Below, in pieces: positions 39,275 through 49,471 of a stretch of 64,000 nucleotides of DNA. Each line of letters begins with the position of its first letter. Position 1 is the first letter of the stretch. The notes under the pieces are model-generated. The model worked only from the letters and a program-made list of their open reading frames with translations, did not search any database and had not been told where the DNA came from. The stretch spans positions 288,949 through 352,948 of the forward strand of contig CAZWJT010000001.1 in the NCBI GenBank assembly GCA_964634935.1, read 5' to 3'. The stretch comes from an uncultured Planctomycetia bacterium (GTDB taxonomy: Bacteria; Omnitrophota; Gorgyraeia; Duberdicusellales; Duberdicusellaceae). Position numbers and translations under genes: made by a program.

Positions 39275-40993
39275 TTACACCTTTAATAAAACGTTGATAT
39301 TTTTTTCTTGCTCAGAAAATTTGTCGCTCCCCCACGGTTTATAGTTCCAGTCGATAAACGTTTGCCTAAGCTGATAGAAAAATTTTCGAGCGTCATCTTT
39401 CGTGGAGAATGAGAAACTTTTTTGTAATACTCCTACAATTTTTGCGAAAACATACTGTTGGCGCTCAAGACTCGTCGCCGCATCAATTTCATCAAATGCA
39501 TTCTGCTGGAGATACACACTGTCAAATAATTCTCCCTTAAGATAAACGATAAAATCCTCCAAAGAAGTTCCTTCTTCTCCAACTACCTTCATCATTTGGC
39601 GAACTTCTTCTCCTTTCTGAAGCACATCTTTCGCGGCTGTTCGCAGTTCATCGGAAATAAAACTTTTGTATTTTCCCCAGCTTTCCAGCGGATCGATTGA
39701 AGGAAATTTTCTAGCGTTGGCGCGGTCACGAGAAAGACCGTGAAACGCACCGACTACTTTCAAAGTTCCCTGAGTCACTGGTTCTTCAAAGTTTCCTCCG
39801 GCGGGACTCACGGTGCCGCCGATAGTCAAACTTCCTGCAGTCCCATCGTGAAGCTTCACCACGCCAGCGCGCTCATAAAAACTGGCAATCCTTGACTCAA
39901 GATAGGCAGGATAGGCTTCTTCTCCGGGTATTTCCTCAAGACGCCCAGAAATCTCCCGCATTGCCTGTGCCCAGCGAGACGTAGAATCAGCGAGCAAAAG
40001 AACATGGAGGCCCATCTGCCGGTAGTACTCAGCGATTGTCGTTGCCGTATACACAGAAGACTCTCTTGCCGCAACTGGCATTGAAGAAGTATTACAGATA
40101 ATGATCGTCCGTTCCATGAGCGATTTCCCGGTCCGCGGATCCTGAAGATGGGGAAATTCGCGTAGCGTTTCAACGACTTCGCCTGCACGTTCACCGCACG
40201 CTGCGATAATGACAATATCTATCTCGGCGTAGCGGCTGGTTAATTGCTGAAGCACTGTTTTACCGGCGCCAAACGGACCAGGAATACAGTAGGTTCCGCC
40301 TTTGGCTACTGGAAACAGCGTATCAATAATACGAATCTTTGTGACCAAGGGTTCTTCTGGTGAACATTTTTCCTTATAGGCATTAATTGGTATCTTCACC
40401 GGCCATCGAAAATGCATCTTCACTTCAACCCCCGCACCCTTTTCATCTTTGAGATATGCGATGTTTTGATGAATGGCATAGTCGCCAGCAGAAGCTATCC
40501 AATCAACGATATATTCACCCTGGAGAAAAAATGGGACCATGATTTTATGCTTAAAAATCCCTTCTGGAACATAGCCCAATTCTTGGCCGGCAAGAACTTT
40601 CTCATTTTTCGATCTCGTCGGAGTAAAAAACCAGTTTTTCTCTGAGGAAAGAGGAGCAAGCTCAATGCCCTTGGGAAGAAAAAAGCCAAATTGCCGAGCA
40701 AGTTCAGGCAGGGGATTTTGCAATCCATCATAAATCTGGCACAAAAGACCGGGACCAAGATCAACGGAAAGCATTTCTCCGGAAAACTCAACTGTATCCC
40801 CAATCCGGATGCCTTTGGTGTATTCAAAAACCTGCAAAAAAGCGATATTTCCCTTCACGCGGATAACTTCGGATTTCAGCCGTCGGTCGCCGAGCAGAAT
40901 ATAAGCCACCTCATTCTGCATAATCATTTCTTGGCAAAGAACTCCTACCATGTTCCCATTCACTGAGACTACTTTTCCAGAATGTTTATTCAT
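39275..40993 (-). CDS. atpA: V/A-type ATPase catalytic subunit A.
   Basis: Walker [10 protein letters not shown], a non-homologous insert region, and 572 aa length. Confidence 0.85.
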   Translation of the reverse strand: MNKHSGKVVSVNGNMVGVLCQEMIMQNEVAYILLGDRRLKSEVIRVKGNIAFLQVFEYTKGIRIGDTVEFSGEMLSVDLGPGLLCQIYDGLQNPLPELARQFGFFLPKGIELAPLSSEKNWFFTPTRSKNEKVLAGQELGYVPEGIFKHKIMVPFFLQGEYIVDWIASAGDYAIHQNIAYLKDEKGAGVEVKMHFRWPVKIPINAYKEKCSPEEPLVTKIRIIDTLFPVAKGGTYCIPGPFGAGKTVLQQLTSRYAEIDIVIIAACGERAGEVVETLREFPHLQDPRTGKSLMERTIIICNTSSMPVAARESSVYTATTIAEYYRQMGLHVLLLADSTSRWAQAMREISGRLEEIPGEEAYPAYLESRIASFYERAGVVKLHDGTAGSLTIGGTVSPAGGNFEEPVTQGTLKVVGAFHGLSRDRANARKFPSIDPLESWGKYKSFISDELRTAAKDVLQKGEEVRQMMKVVGEEGTSLEDFIVYLKGELFDSVYLQQNAFDEIDAATSLERQQYVFAKIVGVLQKSFSFSTKDDARKFFYQLRQTFIDWNYKPWGSDKFSEQEKNINVLLKV

Positions 40994-41489
40994 AGGTTAC
41001 CTCGCAGAGTTTCATAAAAACCTCTTTCCCCTTTTCTTTGGAAAACGCTGCCATCCGTTCAATAATTTGAAACTTAAGAAAATAAATCATAAGCCAGTTC
41101 AGATCAAAATAAAAGCATGACTGCTGGGATTCAAGAAAATTCCAGCGCAATTGGAGGATTTTTTGCTCAACATGTAATGGATTTGATTCTGTAAAAATAT
41201 CTTTCAAAAAAACGGGAATCTTCGGCTCACCAGACCCTCGCCGAGCCCTACGGATATCCGCCAAGGAATAGCGTAAATTTTTCTCAAAAGATTTCCATCT
41301 TTTTAAGAAATCTGAGTCTCCTGGAAGATGCTCAAAATCAGAAAGGTTCGTCCGCCGCAATAATTCGATCTCATGGGAACTCAGCCATTTTTCTGCCTGC
41401 TCCAGAAAATATTCCCGGGAAAATTCTGGCTTGGCACCAAAACGCAGGGTTGGCAGAGAACTAACAAGATAGTAGTGTTTTTTAGACAT
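40986..41489 (-). CDS. Hypothetical protein conserved in spirochaete/chlamydia-type V-ATPase operons, between E and A. Possible accessory or stator subunit.
   Basis: 167 aa. Overlaps atpA by 8 nt. It occupies the same slot as the uncharacterised gene seen in E-x-A-B-D-I-K operons. Confidence 0.45.
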   Translation of the reverse strand: MSKKHYYLVSSLPTLRFGAKPEFSREYFLEQAEKWLSSHEIELLRRTNLSDFEHLPGDSDFLKRWKSFEKNLRYSLADIRRARRGSGEPKIPVFLKDIFTESNPLHVEQKILQLRWNFLESQQSCFYFDLNWLMIYFLKFQIIERMAAFSKEKGKEVFMKLCEVTYE

Positions 41490-42096
41490 TCCCGCGCACG
41501 ATATTTAAAAGACCCAGTAACTTTGGGTTAATAAATACCATAAGACTTTCAGTAATTGATTCATCAGTGAAGTCGTAGTAAATATTTTTATCTTTCTCTC
41601 CAATGCGGAAACCTTTTTCAACCGCAGGAGAAACTTTAAGAGTAACTCCTCTTTGCAATTCTTCGGATAGAGCACCCAAAAGGGCGCGCTCTAATCTTTC
41701 CTTATCGTGGCTCGTAAGCACAACTTCAATAGATTGAATTCCTTCTTTGCGAAAACTTTCGATCACCTTCAGTATGATTTCTTTTAACAACTCACCGGAA
41801 AATGCATTTCCTGTCTCACGCTTGACCGCAGCAGAGAATAGCTCAGTGATGCGCGAACGAAGACTCAAAATCAAATCCCGAGCTGCCTGCTGAAGAGCCT
41901 GCTCGGTATTTTTACGTATCCGGGATGCTTCGGCTTCCGCCTGTTTCAGAATCTGAGCGCTTTTTTTGTGCGCTTCATCAAGCAACGCTTGAGCCTGGTT
42001 TTTTGCGTTCTGCAGAATTTCCTCTGATTTACGCTGAGCTTGTTCGACTCCATCAGTTTTAATCTTTTCAATCAGGCTTTTTAACTCCATCTCCAT
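41482..42096 (-). CDS. atpE: V/A-type ATPase subunit E.
   Basis: 204-aa charged coiled-coil N-terminus (KTDGVEQAQRKSEEILQNAKNQAQAL...), first gene of the operon. Confidence 0.7.
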   Translation of the reverse strand: MEMELKSLIEKIKTDGVEQAQRKSEEILQNAKNQAQALLDEAHKKSAQILKQAEAEASRIRKNTEQALQQAARDLILSLRSRITELFSAAVKRETGNAFSGELLKEIILKVIESFRKEGIQSIEVVLTSHDKERLERALLGALSEELQRGVTLKVSPAVEKGFRIGEKDKNIYYDFTDESITESLMVFINPKLLGLLNIVRGNV

Positions 42097-42110
42097 AATT
42101 CTTCTCCTGT

Positions 42111-42818
42111 TTATTCGGAAAGTTCCTTGCGCATGGATTTTAAAACTCGGCGCGGATCATCCGCATTGAGAACCGGCCGCCCAACAACAATATAATCCGC
42201 AAAAGGGGCAACTTGTTTAGGAGTAACTACCCGCCGCTGATCGTCAGAGCCGGAAATGACCCGTATGCCCGGGCACACAATAAGAAAATTCTTCCCACAC
42301 TGCTTACGAACCGCTTCCGCTTCTTGGCCCGAACATACAACCCCTTGAAAACCTGTCTTGCGTGCCAACCAGGCAAGAGCACAAACTCTTTGATGTATTC
42401 TATTGCCACCCGCAGTACTTGTCAACAAAGTAACTCCGATAACGTCCATGGAATGGGTGCCTGAACTTCTGATTTTTTTGACTCCCTCTTGAATCTGAAT
42501 AAGCGCCTCCTGGCTGTTCAAAAGATGCAAATTCACCAAATCAACCTGAAGCTTATAGGCGGCCGAGAGCGCTGAGAGAACCGTGTTAGGAATATCGAAA
42601 AATTTCAAATCTAAAAAAACTTTTTTCTTGTGCCGCTTCAATATTTCTACTGATTTCGGGCCCATGCGCATATAGAGCGCCAACCCTATCTTATAAAAAT
42701 CTACGAGGTCCTCTGTCTCCCTAACCCAACGTTCCACGTCCGCTTTTTTCTCGACATCAAGAGCTAAAATAATCTTACACATACCCTTATGCGTCCTAAA
42801 GATTGTGCGCTCTGCCAA
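42111..42818 (-). CDS. pyrF: Orotidine 5'-phosphate decarboxylase.
   Basis: ILALDVE...DFYKIGLALY and DLKFFDIPNTV motifs. Confidence 0.75.
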   Translation of the reverse strand: MAERTIFRTHKGMCKIILALDVEKKADVERWVRETEDLVDFYKIGLALYMRMGPKSVEILKRHKKKVFLDLKFFDIPNTVLSALSAAYKLQVDLVNLHLLNSQEALIQIQEGVKKIRSSGTHSMDVIGVTLLTSTAGGNRIHQRVCALAWLARKTGFQGVVCSGQEAEAVRKQCGKNFLIVCPGIRVISGSDDQRRVVTPKQVAPFADYIVVGRPVLNADDPRRVLKSMRKELSE

Positions 42819-43707
42819 TAAGATCAGAAACCGTTTCTTTTCTGGTATGCAGAAAAGCGGAAAATTCTCGAACCATGCTGGGCAAAACTGCGCTGTCGGA
42901 AAAATTCGCAGTCCCTACCTCAACCAGAGAGGCGCCAGCATAGAAAGATTCAAGTGCGTCTCGAAAGGTAGAAATGCCCCCTGAAGCGATAATGGGAATG
43001 CTTATTGTTTCATACGCCTTGTAGACTACAGCCTGGACAATCGGTTTTATGCAAGGCCCGCTCAACCCTCCGAACACGCTCCCAAGCACTGGTTTGCGAT
43101 TCACAACATCTATCGCCATCGCAGGAATGGTATTCATAAGCGTGACCGCATCTGCTCCCTTCTGTTCGCAGCTATGGGCAATATCACATATATGCGGACA
43201 GAAAGAAAGCTTGGGAATGAGAATGTTCTTCGTCTTCTTCCGCAGCCGTTGAACCAGCCGAGCCACGGCCGTCTGATCGTAAGCAAGAATCTCTCCATGC
43301 AGATTTGGACAAGAACAATTCAACTCAAAACCAGCCAGCGAACAAAGCCTCATCTTTTCAATACGCTCGACCAAAAACTCCCATTCCGAAAGAGAGTTAC
43401 CATAAATGCTCACAATGAGTCGAGTTTTAAGTTTCCGTAGGAATGGTCCTTTATTCCTTATAAAATCTTCAATTCCTTCATTCGCTAATCCTATGGAATT
43501 GATAATGCCTGAAGACACTTCATAAATCCTAGGCGATGGATTCCCTGTCCGCGGAGACGCAGTAATTGTCTTGGTAACAAAGCCCCCTAAACACGATAAC
43601 GAGAAAAACTTGGAAAATTCTTCACCATACCCGAAAGTGCCAGACGCAGCAAGAAACGGGTTACTGAATTTCTCGCGTCCTATAAAAACGTCCGTATTCT
43701 TTTTCAT
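42796..43707 (-). CDS. pyrD: Dihydroorotate dehydrogenase, class 1B catalytic subunit.
   Basis: NPFLAASGTFGYGEEF start, active-site Cys region (NCSCPN), and a PyrK partner gene in the window. Confidence 0.8.
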   Translation of the reverse strand: MKKNTDVFIGREKFSNPFLAASGTFGYGEEFSKFFSLSCLGGFVTKTITASPRTGNPSPRIYEVSSGIINSIGLANEGIEDFIRNKGPFLRKLKTRLIVSIYGNSLSEWEFLVERIEKMRLCSLAGFELNCSCPNLHGEILAYDQTAVARLVQRLRKKTKNILIPKLSFCPHICDIAHSCEQKGADAVTLMNTIPAMAIDVVNRKPVLGSVFGGLSGPCIKPIVQAVVYKAYETISIPIIASGGISTFRDALESFYAGASLVEVGTANFSDSAVLPSMVREFSAFLHTRKETVSDLIGRAHNL

Positions 43708-44060
43708 TTAAAAAAAATCATCCGTATTGAAGTAAGAAATAAAAGTCCTCCAAAGAGCTTTTTCAGTATTGGCTCATTGATACGATGGGCTGCTTCCGCG
43801 CCAAGAAAACCTCCGATAAAAAAACCGGCACAAATAAAAAGCGCGATTGACACCTTCACATTCCCTTGGGCGTAGTATTTCAAAGCCGCAAGCAATCCAA
43901 TCGGGGGAATCATAGCGGCAAGCGTTGTTCCCTGAGCTTCATACTGAGTAAGATGTAAAAAATATACGAGTGCTGGTATTAAAATAATACCGCCTCCGAT
44001 CCCGAAAAGACCGCTTAAAATCCCCGCGGAAAAACCGATGACCAATTGCACCCACTGCAT
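43704..44060 (-). CDS. Half-size TauE/SafE (DUF81) family membrane protein (118 aa, about 4 TM).
   Basis: GILSGLFGIGGGIILIPAL, the signature of a single DUF81 repeat. Confidence 0.55.
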   Translation of the reverse strand: MQWVQLVIGFSAGILSGLFGIGGGIILIPALVYFLHLTQYEAQGTTLAAMIPPIGLLAALKYYAQGNVKVSIALFICAGFFIGGFLGAEAAHRINEPILKKLFGGLLFLTSIRMIFFK

Positions 44061-44091
44061 AAAATTCCTCCTTTATGCTCGTGTAGATCCT

Positions 44092-45255
44092 TCAAAAACT
44101 CGGTTCAATACAGAATGTCTTATGTTTAATACTCCCCTTAAAACCGCCCAGAACAAAGTAAAGATTCGTCAAATATTTCATCTTGCAAAACGCATACCAT
44201 TTATCATATGGTTCAATGCGGAATGCCGAACGGAAAAAGCGCAAAGCAAAAGCTACGCATAGGATGATACTGGCTACGGTAAAAATCCGCATAGGTACTG
44301 AAAAAGGGAACGACGATTGCAGAAAAAAACCAGCTAGAGCGGCCGCAAGCCATAGATGCATAAGATGAAAATTCCCAATATAAATGAATCCACGGACAGG
44401 CGAGGGAAACGAGATAAGAGGATTGTTGGGATATTGACCAAGGAACTGGAAAATAATCTCCATTGATTTTTTTGCGTGAGTCTGAAGCAGCAAAGGATGT
44501 GCCTGTGAATAGCTTCTCCAGACCTTGAGCAAAGCTTTCAAATCAGCGCGGTGCATATGCCGGACTGAAGCCGAAGGGAGAAAATAGAATTTCCATTTCC
44601 CTTTTTTCCTTACCCGCAAACCAAAATCGATATCTTCCCCTGTAGGCGAATCCCAGAACGCACGCCGCGCGTCTTCGACTGCCGCTTTCCGATATGCAAC
44701 GTCAGCAGTAACGAAAAAATATGCGCGATGCCCACATACCTGGGTAGGCAACAGGTCTTTTTTTTGATCCGGGTAATACCCCTCCTGGAGATTTCCATAC
44801 CGCCAGGAAACCCGGTTAAAACCGAATGCTTCACAGTAAATCTCAACAAGATTATTTTGATCAACGCGCAGGGTGTAAATCTCTCCTCCCACGGCTCCAA
44901 TCTTTTCATCCTTTTCAAAAACCGCCAGCATCTTCACAATCCAATCTTCGACCGGAGCACAATCGCCATCAGTAAAAAAGATATAATCTCCCTTTGCGCT
45001 TTTTAACGCTTGAGTCCGTGCGTATCCCGGAGAAGGACACTTGGGAATTTCGACGAGCTTAATGAATGCGTTTTGCTTCTGATATTCTTTAATAACCGAA
45101 ATGGTTTCATCACTGGAACCGCCGTCTGCAAAAATAATCTCCAGCTTCTCTCTTGGATACTCAACATCCATGAGATACTCAAATGTGGTTTGAATCGTCC
45201 TTTGGGCGTTCCGAACTGGAACGATAATCGATACAAAAGGCTTCTCTCCCATCAC
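44092..45255 (-). CDS. Family-2 glycosyltransferase with a C-terminal membrane domain.
   Basis: VSIIVPVRN..., DGGSSD, FFTDGDC (DxD) motifs and C-terminal TM helices. Confidence 0.65.
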   Translation of the reverse strand: MMGEKPFVSIIVPVRNAQRTIQTTFEYLMDVEYPREKLEIIFADGGSSDETISVIKEYQKQNAFIKLVEIPKCPSPGYARTQALKSAKGDYIFFTDGDCAPVEDWIVKMLAVFEKDEKIGAVGGEIYTLRVDQNNLVEIYCEAFGFNRVSWRYGNLQEGYYPDQKKDLLPTQVCGHRAYFFVTADVAYRKAAVEDARRAFWDSPTGEDIDFGLRVRKKGKWKFYFLPSASVRHMHRADLKALLKVWRSYSQAHPLLLQTHAKKSMEIIFQFLGQYPNNPLISFPSPVRGFIYIGNFHLMHLWLAAALAGFFLQSSFPFSVPMRIFTVASIILCVAFALRFFRSAFRIEPYDKWYAFCKMKYLTNLYFVLGGFKGSIKHKTFCIEPSF

Positions 45256-45285
45256 AACCTCCTTTTTCTCATCCTTATCAACAAT

Positions 45286-46053
45286 TCATGCAAGGTCACT
45301 GCTTTGAAAAACCGGCCCATCTTTACATGCGTAAAAAATACCTCTTTTGGTTTCTACCGCGCATGCCTTACACACGCCCAAACCGCATCCCATAAACTCC
45401 TCAAAAGAAACTTCACAGCGTACCTGAGGATAGAGTTTGATTCTTTCAGCCAGATTCTTCAGCATCGCAAGCGGGCCACAGCCATAAAGAAATGCCCCTT
45501 CTTGGAGCAATCCAGTGCAATCGCGGAATAGTAAATCTACGACTGAACCCCGGAATCCCAAAGAACCATCATCGGTGGCAACGCCCACTGCATAGCCAAG
45601 CTTCTGAAAATCACGGACGCAAAGTAACTCGCTCTTCTTCTTTGCACCCAGCAAAACAATTCGTTCTTTCATATCCTGCTTGCTGAGTTTCTGTGCAAGA
45701 AAGAGAAGCGGGGCAACCCCCATTCCTCCGGCAATAAATATTGAGGACTCCTTCTCCCTTCCAACGGAAAATCCATTCCCGAGAGGCCCAAGAACCTTTA
45801 AAGAATCTCCTTTCTTTTTCTGAGAAAGTACGGAGGTTCCCCTCCCTTTCGCCCGAAAAAGAATTTGCACTTTCTTCCCAAAAACACCGTGGATGCTGAA
45901 TGGCCGACGAAGCACAATTCTTTCGTCACAAAGATTTATGTGCAGAAACTGGCCGGGGAGAGCTTTGAAGGCAGATGAGAACCCAAAAGACAAAAGAAAA
46001 ACATCTGAGTTGACTTTTTGAATACTTTCAATTCTTACAAACTCATCCCGCAT
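45286..46053 (-). CDS. pyrK: Dihydroorotate dehydrogenase electron-transfer subunit. The start is set at MRDEFVRI to avoid overlap with mutM.
   Basis: FAD/NAD-binding motifs (RRPFSI, GGMGVAPL) and a C-terminal [2Fe-2S] Cys cluster (CGLGVCKAC...C). Confidence 0.7.
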   Translation of the reverse strand: MRDEFVRIESIQKVNSDVFLLSFGFSSAFKALPGQFLHINLCDERIVLRRPFSIHGVFGKKVQILFRAKGRGTSVLSQKKKGDSLKVLGPLGNGFSVGREKESSIFIAGGMGVAPLLFLAQKLSKQDMKERIVLLGAKKKSELLCVRDFQKLGYAVGVATDDGSLGFRGSVVDLLFRDCTGLLQEGAFLYGCGPLAMLKNLAERIKLYPQVRCEVSFEEFMGCGLGVCKACAVETKRGIFYACKDGPVFQSSDLA

Positions 46054-46061
46054 GCTCTTTG

Positions 46062-46862
46062 TTAGTTCTGACACCGCCCGCAGTAATATGTGCCGCGCCC
46101 TGAAAGGGTGATTCTCTGAATCGGCTGCCCGCAAAAAACACAGGGTTTTCCCTGACGGTCATACACCTGATGATAAGCGCTATATGCTCCCTTTTTCCCA
46201 GAGATCCGCACATAATCATCGACCGAAGAACCTCCTTGGGAAATGGCTTGTTTCAATACATCCTTTAGTATCCGGAAAAGCTTCTTCGATTCTGCTGGGG
46301 TTAACGATGAAGCGGCTCTGCGCGGATCAATTCCTGCACGGAAAAGTATCTCCGCAGCATAGAGATTGCCTATCCCGGCAAGAAATGTCTGGTCCATAAG
46401 CAATGGTTTTATCCTTGTCTTTTTCCCGCGTAATTTTCCGGAAAACTCCGCCGATGAAATATGAAAAGGCTCTGGCCCAAGTCTACGGATAAAAGGAAGG
46501 CTCTCCCAGGAAGAAACAAATCTCAATTCTCCAAAAAGCCGCTGGTCTTTAAAATCAAGCAAAGTCCCATCCGAGAAAAAGAAACCCACCCGGCTTCCCT
46601 CTCCATCTGAAGGATAGATAAGCTGACCGGTCATTTTTAAATGAACTGTCAGAAAACCCCTTTTCCCAAGCTCACAAATCAAAAGTTTCCCTCTGCGAAA
46701 AACTTTGGTTATCGTCGCATGCCGAAGGTGGCGGCAGAATTGCTTCAGGGAAGGTTGCCGAACAACCAGGCGGTTATATACGCAAACCCTGCGGATTGTT
46801 TTACCGCATAGAGCGCGCCGTAGCTCGCGTGTAACCGTTTCGACTTCAGGTAGTTCTGGCAT
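46062..46862 (-). CDS. mutM: Formamidopyrimidine-DNA glycosylase.
   Basis: MPELPEVETV catalytic N-terminus, H2TH region, and a C-terminal zinc finger CVFCG...CGRC. Confidence 0.85.
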   Translation of the reverse strand: MPELPEVETVTRELRRALCGKTIRRVCVYNRLVVRQPSLKQFCRHLRHATITKVFRRGKLLICELGKRGFLTVHLKMTGQLIYPSDGEGSRVGFFFSDGTLLDFKDQRLFGELRFVSSWESLPFIRRLGPEPFHISSAEFSGKLRGKKTRIKPLLMDQTFLAGIGNLYAAEILFRAGIDPRRAASSLTPAESKKLFRILKDVLKQAISQGGSSVDDYVRISGKKGAYSAYHQVYDRQGKPCVFCGQPIQRITLSGRGTYYCGRCQN

Positions 46863-46878
46863 CTGCGTTTACCTTCGG

Positions 46879-48384
46879 TTATCCTTCGGGAACATTGTGC
46901 CAAAGATAATATTTGCTTACCTTGCCTAAAAACTGCAACGGATATCGTCTATTATACTGTGAAATAATCACATACGATAGTGATTTATCAGGAATAAAAT
47001 CTGGCTGAAAGAAGTAGAGCGGCGTTGAAGTATCATAGAGAGAAAGATACCGCAAAACTGCCTTATCAATATAGAAAGCTTCATAAAAGACATTCTTCTC
47101 TTTTAAAAAATCGACAATTTGGCGTAACCCCTTGTGGTAACTGATCGCGGGTTGCAAAATAAAATTAGCAGACAAAAGAATCACCACCCAACCTAAGAAA
47201 ACCATCCAGAATAATTTCCTTGTTTCGGCTTTCCGCTTCAAGAACAAAAATAAACAGAAACACCCAACCATAAGAAAAGTAAGAAAATCATTCTGCCCGA
47301 ACAGCGACGAAGGACAGAAAAAGAAATAGATCCCTGCCCCTAAGAAAAGAAGCGAAAACAAAGCCAGGAGAAAAATAAAATAGTATTTGTGCCACCGGTA
47401 AAACCCGAGAAGTTCCATTGTCGCAAGCACCGAAACCGGGACGCTCAATACCAAGAGATACATAACAAGCTTTGATTTCACCAGGCTTAAAAAAATAAAC
47501 CCGGCAATAAGCCAGATAGAACAAAAACGCTCAAATGCCGAGTTTGTCCCTTGCCGGACTATCCGTATTAACCTGCCTAACGACAATACTCCCCAAGGGA
47601 AGAAACTCGGAACGAATACAAGAACGTAGAAAAAGAACGGCTGGGCGTGACTCGAAGGAGCAATGCCACGGGCAAGACTTTGCCGAAAAAGCATTTGCTG
47701 CGCGTAGTCTGGCTGGATAAACACAGAAACACTGAAAATCCATACACCGATGAGAAACAGTGCTGAAAAGTTGGCTATAAAAAAATAGGTGCAGTACTTT
47801 TTTTTGTTCGGTCCACTCAGAATAAAAAAAAGTTCGGTGACAAAAGGAATAAAAAAACCGAAAGCGCCCTTTGTAAAACATGCGAGAAAGCTCAAGATGC
47901 CGCTCGCGACACACAATCCGTATCTATCCTGCACTAAGGACTGATAAAAAAGAAAAAGACCAGCGGTGAGAAAAAATACAAACACAATGTCCATACGAAT
48001 TATTACGGTCATTGCATAAAAAATCAGCAAGGTAAGAAGAATGGCCGTGGCATACAGCGCGCGCTCTTCGGAACCAAACCGGCGCACGAATACATAGAGG
48101 GCAAACGCCATAAAAAAGGCAAAAGCAGTATTCACTGCGATAATCCACGGCAAACCCTTGATCCCCCAATGCGAAAAAAAAGAAATCATCCAGAAATAGA
48201 AAGGTGGTTTTTCGTAGTAATTTTTCCCGGCAAGGGTTGGAATAAAGATACTTGTGCTCGATTGGATACTCTGCGCGACGAGAATATCACGGGGTTCATC
48301 TGGAAGAAACAGGTCGCGGAAGAATGAAGCGGAACTGTAAAGCAAAAGGCAAAAAAACAACAGCAAGATAACCTTTTTTTTCAT
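46879..48384 (-). CDS. GT39/ArnT-like polyprenyl-phosphate-dependent glycosyltransferase (about 12-13 TM).
   Basis: 501 aa, highly hydrophobic. N-terminal DEPRD...KPPFYFW region typical of ArnT/PMT-fold enzymes. Confidence 0.55.
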   Translation of the reverse strand: MKKKVILLLFFCLLLYSSASFFRDLFLPDEPRDILVAQSIQSSTSIFIPTLAGKNYYEKPPFYFWMISFFSHWGIKGLPWIIAVNTAFAFFMAFALYVFVRRFGSEERALYATAILLTLLIFYAMTVIIRMDIVFVFFLTAGLFLFYQSLVQDRYGLCVASGILSFLACFTKGAFGFFIPFVTELFFILSGPNKKKYCTYFFIANFSALFLIGVWIFSVSVFIQPDYAQQMLFRQSLARGIAPSSHAQPFFFYVLVFVPSFFPWGVLSLGRLIRIVRQGTNSAFERFCSIWLIAGFIFLSLVKSKLVMYLLVLSVPVSVLATMELLGFYRWHKYYFIFLLALFSLLFLGAGIYFFFCPSSLFGQNDFLTFLMVGCFCLFLFLKRKAETRKLFWMVFLGWVVILLSANFILQPAISYHKGLRQIVDFLKEKNVFYEAFYIDKAVLRYLSLYDTSTPLYFFQPDFIPDKSLSYVIISQYNRRYPLQFLGKVSKYYLWHNVPEG

Positions 48385-48431
48385 AGACTAAAATGAGTCT
48401 CGCGGTTCTCCTTTTATTTTTTCGGACTTTC

Positions 48432-48725
48432 TTATCTGGTTGAACGCAACCGTGATTTATGATGAATAAAATAGAGATTCCGCGCGTAGATAAAGATTCC
48501 CAGTGATTGACCGATGATAAACACCGGATCGCGCCGATAAACTGAATAGATCAACAGGATGATTCCTCCCAGAATACTGAAAAGCCAGAATACCGGAGGA
48601 ATAGTACTTTCTTTTCTCTTTTCGCTGGCAATCCATTGGATGAAAAAACGCAGAAAAAAGAAAAATTGCCCCATAAGACCAAGCGATATCCAAAGTAACT
48701 CGCTAGTTTTCATCATTCCGCGCAA
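48432..48725 (-). CDS. Small membrane protein, GtrA-like / lipid-A-disaccharide-synthase N-terminal-domain-like.
   Basis: 97 aa with 3 TM. Positioned between a GT2 polyprenol-phosphate glycosyltransferase and a GT39 enzyme, as in GtrABC/ArnCT systems. Confidence 0.45.
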   Translation of the reverse strand: MRGMMKTSELLWISLGLMGQFFFFLRFFIQWIASEKRKESTIPPVFWLFSILGGIILLIYSVYRRDPVFIIGQSLGIFIYARNLYFIHHKSRLRSTR

Positions 48726-49461
48726 ACTCTATACGCATTATTCTCCTGGACAGCCAGAAAATCCCCACCAAGTCGAAAATTCCTTTACCAAGCCGGTTGG
48801 CAACACTGTATTTTGAATAGCCAAATTTCCGGGGTTGGTGCAGAACAGGCACCTGATGCACCGAATATCCCATTCGGCGTAACACATAAGGGAAAAAACG
48901 ATGGAAATTTGCAAAAAAGGGAAAAGAAAGAATACATTCTCGCCTGAAGCAACGGAGAGAGCATCCAACATCTTTTATTGAATCATTCAGAATTATCCTA
49001 CGGAAAAAATAAGCAATTCGCGAAGATAGAATACGCGTAAAACTATCTTCTCGCTTCTGGCGTATTCCGGTAACACAATCAAATTGTTTTGAAAAATCCA
49101 GAAGTTTTCCGATTTCTTCCGGAGGATTTTGCAAATCCGCATCTAACGTAATAACCCAAATACCCCTGGCACGAAGAAATCCAGCGCAGAGAGCAGCACT
49201 CTGCCCGGCGTGTTTTGCAAGAGAATAGGCCCGGGTATTGATAAATTCCTTTTCAAGGCTCTTCAATACTTCCAGGGAATTATCGGTGCTTGCGTCGTTT
49301 ATATAGAGAATTTCATACGTCTCTGCGCGGGCAGAGAAAAAAACAGCAATCCGCTGGTGAAGAATTTTTAATGAATCCTCTTCATTATATACAGGAATAA
49401 CTACGGAATATTCAGGAAAAGACTCCGGGGTAACTTCAGAATGTCGCTTCCATGCGTCCAT
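48703..49461 (-). CDS. Family-2 glycosyltransferase, polyprenol-phosphate sugar synthase type (ArnC/GtrB/DPM1-like).
   Basis: YSVVIPVYNEEDSL start, DASTD, and LDADLQNPPEEI (DxD) motifs. Confidence 0.7.
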   Translation of the reverse strand: MDAWKRHSEVTPESFPEYSVVIPVYNEEDSLKILHQRIAVFFSARAETYEILYINDASTDNSLEVLKSLEKEFINTRAYSLAKHAGQSAALCAGFLRARGIWVITLDADLQNPPEEIGKLLDFSKQFDCVTGIRQKREDSFTRILSSRIAYFFRRIILNDSIKDVGCSLRCFRRECILSFPFFANFHRFFPYVLRRMGYSVHQVPVLHQPRKFGYSKYSVANRLGKGIFDLVGIFWLSRRIMRIEFARNDEN

Positions 49462-49471
49462 AAAAAAGCGT

